Virus record (IMG/VR): IMGVR_UViG_3300033148_006102
Span: 64,001 to 128,000 of that record
Direction: 5' to 3' (one strand)
Source: a virus
Length of the DNA stretch: 64,000 bases
Shown here: positions 54,501 to 62,987 of the stretch, piece by piece
How the letters are laid out: each line of letters starts with the position of its first letter
Position numbering within the stretch: position 1 is the stretch's first letter
The notes under the pieces: generated by a model
Told to the model about the DNA's origin: nothing
The model's database searches: none
What the model saw: only the letters and a program-made list of their open reading frames with translations
Program-made: the position numbers and the translations under genes

Positions 54501-57500
54501 AAGAATTTGACCACAGTATTCATGCCCTATCGCGGACTGAATTTTGAGGACGGCATCGTCATTTCTGAAACGGGCGCGCACAAATTGTCGTCAGAACACA
54601 AGCACGAACTACAGCTTGAATTGGCGAAAAATGTGTTGTACGGCGTTGACAAGTTGTTTGCGATTCAGCCGGACGCCCAGCAGAACTATGATAGCAGTAA
54701 GTTTGATGAAAAGGGTTTACCCAAAGTCGGCGCTAAATTCCATCACGGCGAAATATTGTTGCCGGCTGTGCGAGAAGTGAAGGTAGATCCGACAAGTGAA
54801 TTCGCCCGCATCCACAAAAAATTGCGTAACCCTTATCGAGATGCTTCAATTGTGTGGGAGGAACCTGTCGAGGGCGAAGTAGTACATGTCGCAAAAACTT
54901 CAAAGTTTGTGTCGGTGCTATTGAAGACGATCGAGGCCGCTCAGGTTGGTGATAAGCTTAGTTCGCGCAATGCGAGTAAGGGCATCATTACTGCAATTAT
55001 ACCTGACAAAGAAGCGCCGCATATCAAAGGCGAGCCTGTCGATGTTATCTTTAATCCCTTTGGCGTACCCGGCCGTGTGAACCCCGGTTTGTTCATGGAG
55101 GCCGCCGCATCGAAGATCGCAGATAAAACAGGCCAGCCATACCTCATCCGACAATTTGATCCGAAAGTCAGTATGAACGATCAGCTGATATCGGAGCTGA
55201 AGAAGCACAAGTTGTCGGATACCGAAGAAGTCACAGATCCGTTGACTGAGACGACTCATTCGGATGTGCTTACTGGAAAAGTGTACTGGGGTAAGCTGAA
55301 GCACCATGTACGCAAAAAGTTCAGCGCACGTGGTTTGGATCATTACACACTCGAAGAGCGACCTGGAAAAGGACACCACGCGTCGGCACAGACTATTGGC
55401 GCATTAGATACATATGCATTGCTCGCGCACGGCGTACCGCATGTGATGACGGAATTTACAGGTCTCAAAGCGAATCGAAACGATGAATATTGGAATGCGC
55501 TACAGACAGGTGCACCTTTGCCGGCGCCAAAACGTCCGTTCGTGTTGACCAAGTTTGAGACCTACTTACGTGGCAGCGGAATAAATCTGAAGCGCGAAGG
55601 CACGAAGATCAAAGCGTTGCCGCTAACGGATAAGGACGTCACGACGATGTCCCAGGGTAAGATCAAGAATCCGTTAGTGGTAAATGCGAAGTCATTGAAT
55701 CCTGAACGTGGTGGATTATTTGACGAGGGGATAACTGGCGGCTTCAACGCCAACAATTGGAATCACATAGACTTGGCAGAACCGGTGCCAAATCCACTCT
55801 ATGAGGTTCCCATTGTTACTCTAACCGGTATCAAGAAAACGGAGTACGAATCGATTCTTGCCGGCCAGCTTTATGTGACGCGTGGTGGTACATTGGGTAC
55901 ACGCCAAGTGGAGAACGCGGTCACAGGCGGAGCCGGAATCAAACGTTTGCTTGAGATGATCGATGTTGCGCGTGAATACAAGAAAGCGAAAGCACAGGTC
56001 CTGACAGCAAAGAAGGCCGATCTGGCCCGGCTCTACAAGAAGCTGAAGTATTTGACGGCGCTCAAAGATCTCAAACTGACGCCGGTTGAGGCGTACGTGA
56101 TGCACAAAATGCCGGTCGTTCCGACATCGTTTAGACCGGTAACGGCATTACCAGATGGCAGTCTGAATGTGGCTGACATTAATCATGGGTATCGAGAGGT
56201 GCTCATGGTTAACGACCAACTCAAGAAACTCAAGCAGGACGGCATCGATGATGAGCACTTGGTTCCACTTCGACGCGGCTTATATGGCGCGGTGTCCGGT
56301 ACAATTGGCCTCACCGAACCTCTCACGCGATCAGCGAATTTTAAAGGTTTCATTAGTACAATTGCTGGACGCCAAAATAAAAGTGGCATGTTTCAAGGCC
56401 AACTGGTTTCACGGCGCCAAGATTTATCAGGCCGGTCTACCGTCATCCCCGAGCCCACATACGGGATGGATGAAGTCGGCTTGCCTCGTGAGATGGTTTA
56501 CACGATATACCGTCCGCTCATTGTTCGAGAACTCGTTACAACGCTCCGCGTTAAGCCTCTTGAAGCTCGAAAGCTGATTGAGGAAAACGACCCAAGAGTT
56601 GCGCATGTTGCACGGGAACTGGTAAAGCTCCACCCAGTATTACTGAACCGCGCGCCAACGTTGCATAAGTTCTCCATCATGGGCCTGAAGCCGCGGATCA
56701 TCGAAGGTAAAGCGATCAAGGTGAATCCGCTTATCATCAACGGTATGAACATGGACTTTGACGGTGACTCAAGCGCGGTACATCCCGTTATATCGCTTGA
56801 TGCGCGTCAGGAAGTCTTGGAGAAAATGCTGCCCAGTAAGAATCTGATGTCTCCGCGAGACCGACAGCGCATCGTGCCGAATATTTCGCGTGAAACGGTA
56901 CTGGGTCTCTGGATGATGACCCGTCCGGTGTATCCGTCTGATATTCAGATCATGCATGGCGTGAAGGCGCTGCGCCTCATTGATGAAGGCAAAACTCGAG
57001 TAAACACCCGCATAATGTATCGCGGTAAGCCTACCACACCTGGCTTTTTCTTAGTTCGCGCTGCAGTGCCCGCGTATGTCGATATGGATCCCGGCAAAGA
57101 AGTTACCGGTAAAATGGTTGAGGGTTGGATTCAGCAGATCGCAAAGAAGAGTCCATCTGATGCGGCTCGTGTGCTCAATGACTTGAAGAACCTGGGTAAC
57201 TACTATGTCAGCCGTATTGGTTATTCAGTATCACTGAACGACATGTCCGCCGGTCAAGCCGAGCGTGATCGTATTATGCGCCGATTGGTTAGAAATCTCC
57301 GCCAAGAAGGCATGAAGATGGAGGTTTTCCAGCGTGGCATCGGTGAACTGAATAAGTTGATGAAGCGTCAGAAGAAAAATCGTCTGGTGCAGATGGTTAA
57401 TTCCGGTGCGCTATCCAAGGCTGACGCGATGCGGAAGATGATCTTGCCGGCCGTCGCGGTGACAGATTACAAAGGCAAAGTGGTACCGCTGCTACTTGAA

Positions 57501-58703
57501 AAGTCGTATGCACAAGGAATGCCGTTAAATCAATGGTGGGCGACGGTACCAGGTGCGCGTAAGGGCCTCGCAGATAAAGGCCTATCTACTGCGGATACAG
57601 GCGCTTTTACTAAGGAATTGATGAACACGGCGATTACGCAAATTATTCGCGAGCACGACTGCGGCACAACTGGCTACATAGAAATTGACCGGGATGACCC
57701 ACATATTCTTGGTCGTACGTTGGCGACGGGGAGCAAGAAGGGCCAACAGATTACCGCAGACATGGTGAAGCGTCTTCCGAAAAAGGTCAAGGTACGCTCA
57801 CCGCTTAAATGTCAGTCGAAGGATGGTATTTGTCAGCTGTGCTATGGTTTGGATGAGCATAACGCGCTACCAGTGATTGGCCGTAATATCGGCGTAGTCG
57901 CGGCGCACACAATCAGCGAACCGGCGACACAGTTAACACTGAAGGCTTTTCATACATCTGGTTCTGCCGGCGTACAGCAGTTTGGCTTCGATCGCGTGAA
58001 ACAAGTGTTTTCGCTTCCGGAGAATATTAAAGGTAAAGCGATCCTAGCACTCGAAGATGACAAGGTCACAGAACTACGTCGCTCGCCATTGGGCGGGCAC
58101 GACATAATCACTGAAAAAGGTCACAGCTATTACTGTGATACGTTTGTCGGTACGGCCGTGAAGAAAGGACAAAAGATCAAGAAAGGGCAGCAGTTGTCCG
58201 AACGCGGTACGTTGAAGATTCAAGAAGTGGCTGAATTACGTGGTATCGAAACTGCGCAAAAGCAGCTCGTCAACGATATGCATGCGGCATACGCTGCCGG
58301 CGGTGTGCATATTGACAAGAAAATTTTTGAAACAGTGGCGCGGCCAATGGCGACGAAAGTCAAGGTCACAAACCCAGGCGATGGTGAATTCAAGTACAAC
58401 GTACACGAAGGCGACACATATCAATCGAGTACTGTGGAGAACTGGAATAAGACTTTGTCACGTAAGATTGAGTTTGAACCGATCGTAATGGGTATGAATC
58501 GCGTACCGTTTGTGGGCGAAGATTTCATTGCTCCGCTCATGTATCAGAGATTACCGCGGACGCTGACGCAAGCGCCGGCAATGGGTATGCAGACTGATAT
58601 TGTCACTGGACACGTTATTCCGTCTCATGTATTTGGTACATTACCAGAGCGCGCGCAAAAGCTTAAAACTGATGCGCAGAAGAAGCTTCTAGCGGTCAAA
58701 TAG
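51582..58703 (+). CDS. rpoBC: Single-chain multisubunit-type RNA polymerase (beta-beta' fusion) with intein
   Basis: TPEG, GDKLSSR..KG, KLKHHV..K..AR, PERGGLF, NRAPTLH, NMDFDGD, CQSKDGICQLCYG, EPATQLTLKAFH. Confidence 0.92.
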   Translation: MKTFNKSTELAYNRMRANVVDRISAMFPIDTRKYTVTAKNFRWIDSAVNDLKPFLTAKLRKNTLATPLRAHITVKDKKGKVVYEDKDFLVTAVPKMTPLGSYVVNGSDVQTITQARRKPGIYTSRMPNDNILTRFSTAGGEIGIMLDRLTRVFKVRVRAKFFPLYSIAAAAGVTDEELRKAWGDELYRINKQKAKPLKDQQRFWQATRRVALPTDASEISAGIKAFLESKPLDPKVTKLTVGEGFDAINARALVAASEAALKVQQGKREVDDMESLAYKNYYGIEDFVSEALDQATNKIRNHIAYLLDRTDNAKRALSPELFTQPIMGEFTQSEFSRFSSQNNPLDILATDNLVTITGRGGIQNHHAITEGLRAPHSTHLGFYDPTHTPEGCHDSETEVFTDKGWVKWPDVTENTSFACLMDGDVLEYHKAEELQVYDWNQPLYGFKSKTIEYLVTANHRMWVRPDDSDRGQGLPKYRFEAAEAAHLKPRKVRCGGHLAYYGKLVNRSTIRLAEVQGGSATKQADAFDIEDWAEFLGWYISEGSTWYKPEIGKYAVQITQRLDANPENVARIAALLDRMRLPFSFSKPKTFSISRKQLAAYTKQFGKCDEKFLPEEVFEWPVVARERLLESLMLGDGRKGKTKIGWLSGSGYCTTSLRLAKDVERLCFGLGISTRTVFEPDERAVHYKGCWIIHLHVCHERTLRKSMTAQDSGYFMQAYNGKVYCATVPGHRLYCRRNGKGGFWSGNSGIGITTHMASGVVRQGQELKSPFFDVRNKWRVVNLTPTQLIGKVIAFPDQIDAKTRKFKTATVNVIQDDKQNRVRTDKVDYAMIDSAMVFDPITGMMPFLQNTDANRVLMSARHMEQAVPLITREAPLVSARVGDTDITQEQRLHYTGVGSRAPVAGEVTRVTAQKITITDKDGKKHVVPMLRDYPLNSEQYFTEVPAVKAGDKVKEGEILADNNFTHNGSLALGKNLTTVFMPYRGLNFEDGIVISETGAHKLSSEHKHELQLELAKNVLYGVDKLFAIQPDAQQNYDSSKFDEKGLPKVGAKFHHGEILLPAVREVKVDPTSEFARIHKKLRNPYRDASIVWEEPVEGEVVHVAKTSKFVSVLLKTIEAAQVGDKLSSRNASKGIITAIIPDKEAPHIKGEPVDVIFNPFGVPGRVNPGLFMEAAASKIADKTGQPYLIRQFDPKVSMNDQLISELKKHKLSDTEEVTDPLTETTHSDVLTGKVYWGKLKHHVRKKFSARGLDHYTLEERPGKGHHASAQTIGALDTYALLAHGVPHVMTEFTGLKANRNDEYWNALQTGAPLPAPKRPFVLTKFETYLRGSGINLKREGTKIKALPLTDKDVTTMSQGKIKNPLVVNAKSLNPERGGLFDEGITGGFNANNWNHIDLAEPVPNPLYEVPIVTLTGIKKTEYESILAGQLYVTRGGTLGTRQVENAVTGGAGIKRLLEMIDVAREYKKAKAQVLTAKKADLARLYKKLKYLTALKDLKLTPVEAYVMHKMPVVPTSFRPVTALPDGSLNVADINHGYREVLMVNDQLKKLKQDGIDDEHLVPLRRGLYGAVSGTIGLTEPLTRSANFKGFISTIAGRQNKSGMFQGQLVSRRQDLSGRSTVIPEPTYGMDEVGLPREMVYTIYRPLIVRELVTTLRVKPLEARKLIEENDPRVAHVARELVKLHPVLLNRAPTLHKFSIMGLKPRIIEGKAIKVNPLIINGMNMDFDGDSSAVHPVISLDARQEVLEKMLPSKNLMSPRDRQRIVPNISRETVLGLWMMTRPVYPSDIQIMHGVKALRLIDEGKTRVNTRIMYRGKPTTPGFFLVRAAVPAYVDMDPGKEVTGKMVEGWIQQIAKKSPSDAARVLNDLKNLGNYYVSRIGYSVSLNDMSAGQAERDRIMRRLVRNLRQEGMKMEVFQRGIGELNKLMKRQKKNRLVQMVNSGALSKADAMRKMILPAVAVTDYKGKVVPLLLEKSYAQGMPLNQWWATVPGARKGLADKGLSTADTGAFTKELMNTAITQIIREHDCGTTGYIEIDRDDPHILGRTLATGSKKGQQITADMVKRLPKKVKVRSPLKCQSKDGICQLCYGLDEHNALPVIGRNIGVVAAHTISEPATQLTLKAFHTSGSAGVQQFGFDRVKQVFSLPENIKGKAILALEDDKVTELRRSPLGGHDIITEKGHSYYCDTFVGTAVKKGQKIKKGQQLSERGTLKIQEVAELRGIETAQKQLVNDMHAAYAAGGVHIDKKIFETVARPMATKVKVTNPGDGEFKYNVHEGDTYQSSTVENWNKTLSRKIEFEPIVMGMNRVPFVGEDFIAPLMYQRLPRTLTQAPAMGMQTDIVTGHVIPSHVFGTLPERAQKLKTDAQKKLLAVK
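52755..53822 (+). mobile_element. Intein (356 aa) with LAGLIDADG homing endonuclease
   Basis: CHDSETEVFTDKGW start, FLGWYISEGS and LMLGDG blocks, ends WSGN followed by Ser; inserted after TPEG. Confidence 0.92.
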
Positions 58704-58721
58704 GGATTATGGCATAGTCCC
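58703..58721. promoter_or_regulatory. 19-bp palindromic motif copy
   Basis: GGGATTAT-GGC-ATAGTCCC overlapping the RNAP stop. Confidence 0.7.
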
Positions 58722-58729
58722 AGAAAATC

Positions 58730-59956
58730 ATGGAAATACTAGTTGGTAGAATTATTGAGGCGTATCCGGTCGAAGGTCGGTACGACATAAGCGTCGATGG
58801 CAAAGCCAAAGTCGGGGCGTATCCGATTGAATCAGGTATAGTTTCAACCTGGGAAAAGCATGAGAATGTTGCAGTAGTCAAACTGGCCACAGGCTACTAC
58901 ATTCTTGGTCGGCGATGGAATCCCAGAACACGTCCAGCTGGGTTGGATAATGAGATTGACAAGCAAGTTGAGGAGCTCAATAAAGCCACTCGAGATCTAC
59001 TGCGTCAGCTGGTCAATCCTGAAGAGGATCCACCCTCGCCACGTCCGACACGTCGCCCAGATGACATTAAGACCGTGCCTGCCAAAGGCGAGAAGGTTAT
59101 ATCTAATGGAAAAGGTGTAGCCCATTTACGCAAGGACGGTTCTTGGTTAATACGTGCGGCCGAATTCTGCTTCACACTCTGGGACGCTACTAGGTATGTT
59201 TGCCAGACTGTTGCTAAAAAGATGGTCTGGATTGTGCCTGGGATTAAGACGTGGATGGAAGGTGAGGCCACTGCGCCATTCGTCGGGCATGCCTATCACG
59301 AAACACAGATTTCGCCGACACTGAGTAAGTTGGCACAAGATCTGATCAAATTGCAGGCGGGTTTTCATCCCACAGCGTTAACGACGCCAGGTATTGAATT
59401 AGCCGTCGGGCAGTTTTTGCGTGTCAGTTTTGATGCGAATGAAGGTATTTACAAGCTGCGAGTTATTAATCCGGCCGATCCGTCAGGCGCAACGGATTTC
59501 GCAACGATGCAGCTGGATCAAACGCAGATTGATCTGAAGACATTACTGGGTCAAGTCACTGTCACACCAGAAGAAGTCACGATTAAAGACGGCGAATCAA
59601 TCATATCGGTGAAGCCGGAATCGATTGATGTAGCTACTGTGAGTCAAACTGAGAGTGCGACAACGCGTACAGTTACGGACGGTACACATACACATAGCGT
59701 GGATTCGTATACGCAGACGGTGGCGAATGCGCGAACTGTAACTGTAGCTACTGGGAGTGAAACGAAGAACATCGCGGCCGGCGCATCGACAGAAACAATC
59801 GGCGCTGGAGCAAAGACGATCAATGTGCTGGCCGGAGCTTTCGTGGTCAACGCGGTGGCCGGCACTATAGTGTTAAACAGCCCTACTATTCAATTGCAGG
59901 GTGATTTGGACGTCAAGGGCAAGATTAGCCAACGCGGCGAGGTTATTCACGAGTAG
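58730..59956 (+). CDS. Baseplate central spike (gpV/gp5-like)
   Basis: N-terminal GRIIEAYP..GRYDI OB-like start; C-terminal T/V-rich beta-helix repeats. Confidence 0.6.
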   Translation: MEILVGRIIEAYPVEGRYDISVDGKAKVGAYPIESGIVSTWEKHENVAVVKLATGYYILGRRWNPRTRPAGLDNEIDKQVEELNKATRDLLRQLVNPEEDPPSPRPTRRPDDIKTVPAKGEKVISNGKGVAHLRKDGSWLIRAAEFCFTLWDATRYVCQTVAKKMVWIVPGIKTWMEGEATAPFVGHAYHETQISPTLSKLAQDLIKLQAGFHPTALTTPGIELAVGQFLRVSFDANEGIYKLRVINPADPSGATDFATMQLDQTQIDLKTLLGQVTVTPEEVTIKDGESIISVKPESIDVATVSQTESATTRTVTDGTHTHSVDSYTQTVANARTVTVATGSETKNIAAGASTETIGAGAKTINVLAGAFVVNAVAGTIVLNSPTIQLQGDLDVKGKISQRGEVIHE

Positions 59957-59964
59957 GAACTGCT

Positions 59965-61773
59965 ATGGGTACAGATCTATTTCTTTCGACGCCGGAAGAG
60001 ACTATCGCGCAGCAGCGTAATGACGATGTCAAGCAAGCTGCGGTAACCCTTCCACCTGATGAGGCTGAATGGGTACCTACGATTATTGACGACCTGCAGA
60101 TGCAGTTTCCGGAGTTGGGTTATTCCAGCTTGCGCGTAAACTTCAATGCGAAAAACGCAAACGAAGGCGTGGCGACAGGTGACATCCAGGTCGACGAGCG
60201 CATGTCCATTCCGTTTGTTGTGGATAAGTTCAAGCTACAGCCATTTGACATGTTCCTACACGACAGCGAACTGTACCCGATGACGCGGCGTTCACTGTCG
60301 AATGTATTGAACAACAAAGCGGAATTTGGCGAACTGGTCGAACCGGGCCGTGGTGAGACAAGCGATGCCTTCTTGACAAATGCTTTGCCGCCGTTTGACG
60401 GAAAGTACACGTTTGCTGGTCTTGGTGTGTACGACGGCAAGAACGTTGTCGATGTATTGGAGCATGTGCCTGATCACTTGGCGCAGTTGGCGATTAAGCA
60501 GGGCCAGCATATTCGGAAACTGGCACAGGCCAAGCCGAGCGAAGAACCCATACGCAAAGTAGCGAACACACGCTTTCGTAAGAAGACGTTGCGGGTGATC
60601 GATCCTGACGTGGATCTCAACAAGCTTGCCGTTGATACACCTGGTGTGTACGACGTTCCTGCAGTGGGGCATCGTAAGTTGGCTTGCTATGCTTTTACGC
60701 ACCAGCTGGATGACATAGGTTTTAAGATTGTTGAAGCACCTATGATTTGTGCGCTCAACGGCGTCGGATTCAGCAAGTTAGCCGAGTTTGTGTCGTACGG
60801 TGAGAATCGTGGCGACGATGAAATGCTTGAGAAATTGGCTGAACCGGAGCCGGGTAAAACCTACTGCTTTGTTTTTGGCCACAATGGCGAGTATGCCTGC
60901 ACGCAGCCATATACGATTAAGGCGGCAAGTGATGGTTTGGTGATTACCGCCGGCGGAATGCGTATCGTTGCTAATGAGGCGCTCAAGACGCCGGTGAAGA
61001 CTGCGGAATGCCTTACATTACCAGGGAAGGCGTTGATTGGTTTGGAGACTGAACGCAACCCAATCATCCCTTATACCATCACGCAGGCGGCGAAAATTGC
61101 AACACGGGATGCTGTAACACTGCAGTATAACGCACCAGATAGCACTTATACTTTGCGAGGTGTAAAGCACGCGGGATTTGACATCCCGATGCAGCAACAT
61201 AGGATGTTCAATGTGTTGAAGCCGTACTATGAAGCGGAGAGCTTGAAGGCTGGGTTGCTCAAGGCTGCGCGAGTAGGGTCGGTCTTCATTAACGACAACA
61301 TAGAACCAGAGGAGTGGGAGGCCTGGGAGCAGGCTGAGCTCCACGACGAGGCACAGAAGAAGTACCTCGGCGACTACATCAAGACTGCCAGCTTTGCATG
61401 GCCGTCAAATGTGATGAAGCGAGCCTGTATCCATGCGGGTCTGCTGGTCGACGCCTTTGAAAAGGACATGTTAGCATATGAATCGACGTTGGGTCAGTGT
61501 TTCTCGAAGGTTGCCGAAGGGGATTCCGTCGGCGGTCATGATTCAGTTGATTCATTACTCAGCATTAATTTCCTTAACGAGGAAACGCTGTATCGATATA
61601 TCGACAGCATTGATACGCTGAAACAAGCGCGGCAGGTTTGTCTGCGTATGTTGCTAGCAAGTCGTATCGGTCTACCAGTACCTGCAGCACCTCTTCGTGC
61701 GGCCGCATTTGCTCTGGATGAAGTTGTCAACAATCTGGAGCGACTACGTCAGATCGTAGGCATGCGGCGCTAA
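59965..61773 (+). CDS. Head-morphogenesis hypothetical protein rich in K-x-A motifs
   Basis: 602 aa; about 17 KxA motifs counted by eye. Confidence 0.7.
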   Translation: MGTDLFLSTPEETIAQQRNDDVKQAAVTLPPDEAEWVPTIIDDLQMQFPELGYSSLRVNFNAKNANEGVATGDIQVDERMSIPFVVDKFKLQPFDMFLHDSELYPMTRRSLSNVLNNKAEFGELVEPGRGETSDAFLTNALPPFDGKYTFAGLGVYDGKNVVDVLEHVPDHLAQLAIKQGQHIRKLAQAKPSEEPIRKVANTRFRKKTLRVIDPDVDLNKLAVDTPGVYDVPAVGHRKLACYAFTHQLDDIGFKIVEAPMICALNGVGFSKLAEFVSYGENRGDDEMLEKLAEPEPGKTYCFVFGHNGEYACTQPYTIKAASDGLVITAGGMRIVANEALKTPVKTAECLTLPGKALIGLETERNPIIPYTITQAAKIATRDAVTLQYNAPDSTYTLRGVKHAGFDIPMQQHRMFNVLKPYYEAESLKAGLLKAARVGSVFINDNIEPEEWEAWEQAELHDEAQKKYLGDYIKTASFAWPSNVMKRACIHAGLLVDAFEKDMLAYESTLGQCFSKVAEGDSVGGHDSVDSLLSINFLNEETLYRYIDSIDTLKQARQVCLRMLLASRIGLPVPAAPLRAAAFALDEVVNNLERLRQIVGMRR

Positions 61774-62987
61774 TGGCGAAGAAAAAAGTCAAATCGAAAC
61801 GTAAGTTGCTCAAGCGGCGACCCCGGCGTATGTCGGAAGATGAACTGCTTGAGGAATTTGGCATTGCCCGCAACGTTCTCTACCAGAGCTTTGATATTAA
61901 GATCCTCAATCTCAAACGAGACGAACAGTTTGGTATAACCTTCTACTACGTACCGTCGTCGGCGAAGCCGTTGCTTCAGATGTTGGGTGCGCATCCGCTA
62001 AGTATCGTAGACGCAATTAACGCGAAGACCGAAGCATGGGATGAAGAGGCTGCGGTATGGCGTAAAGAAAAGGATCTACCGTCTCGGAAGATAATGAGTA
62101 CAGCGGCAGTTGGAGAAGCTTTGGGGCGACCACGCCCACAACGCCTACCTTGTCCGCCCTATTTCCCTTTCATGATGCTGTTGATTTTTACGCGTAAGGA
62201 TCAATACGTATTTGACGAGTTAGTTCGACGTAATCTGGTTAAGGGTCGTCCGCCACTCATGTCTTTGCGCAGGATCAAACGATGGCGGGCAGAGCTGCGT
62301 CGTCGAGTATCACCGCCGTTGCAGAAAATGTTGGACGGCAAGATGCCCAAGTCGTTGCCAGAACGGAAAGCATGGGAGCTGTACCTCAAGTCTCTGGGAG
62401 TAGATCCGGAATATCAGTTGGTCACGCTGTTTAATCCGGTGTTCCAGGATAATTATGTACGAGTTGGCTTTGAGGCCTTGCTCATGTGTCGTACGACAAT
62501 GGGCCGCAAGGTGGTTATAGCAGAACGCTACTACAACTTACCATATTCGCAGGAGGAAATTGAAGCGTACCTGAACTTGTTTTATCGGATCAGTCATTTA
62601 CATCCAGCTGATCAGGAACTTTACTTAGAGAGTTTGCCAGCGACGGAGAGAGAACAAAAGCGTGATGCGCTGACGATGCCGTTCGACAAGTTTATGGTCA
62701 CATATCGGATTCCTACAAAGAATCCGGAGGGAGATACGGTGCGAGTTATGATGTATGATGCTTCACACGTTTGTTTGAAACTACATCCGAGCATGCCTGG
62801 CTACGAAAAGGCCGTGGACCAGGCAGTTCGTGCTTTCTCACGTATAACGACTCTGGCACGGGATTTGGAATTGCCTGTGTCGAAGCCACGACGCCCATGG
62901 GCACCGGTGAAGAAGATTGGGAACATTCGGGATTTTAAGCGGGTTGTCCGTACAGCAGGAGGCGGAGGATCAAACTCCGGCTCATGA
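61773..62987 (+). CDS. Basic hypothetical protein preceding terminase
   Basis: 404 aa, K/R-rich; TAATG coupling. Confidence 0.65.
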   Translation: MAKKKVKSKRKLLKRRPRRMSEDELLEEFGIARNVLYQSFDIKILNLKRDEQFGITFYYVPSSAKPLLQMLGAHPLSIVDAINAKTEAWDEEAAVWRKEKDLPSRKIMSTAAVGEALGRPRPQRLPCPPYFPFMMLLIFTRKDQYVFDELVRRNLVKGRPPLMSLRRIKRWRAELRRRVSPPLQKMLDGKMPKSLPERKAWELYLKSLGVDPEYQLVTLFNPVFQDNYVRVGFEALLMCRTTMGRKVVIAERYYNLPYSQEEIEAYLNLFYRISHLHPADQELYLESLPATEREQKRDALTMPFDKFMVTYRIPTKNPEGDTVRVMMYDASHVCLKLHPSMPGYEKAVDQAVRAFSRITTLARDLELPVSKPRRPWAPVKKIGNIRDFKRVVRTAGGGGSNSGS

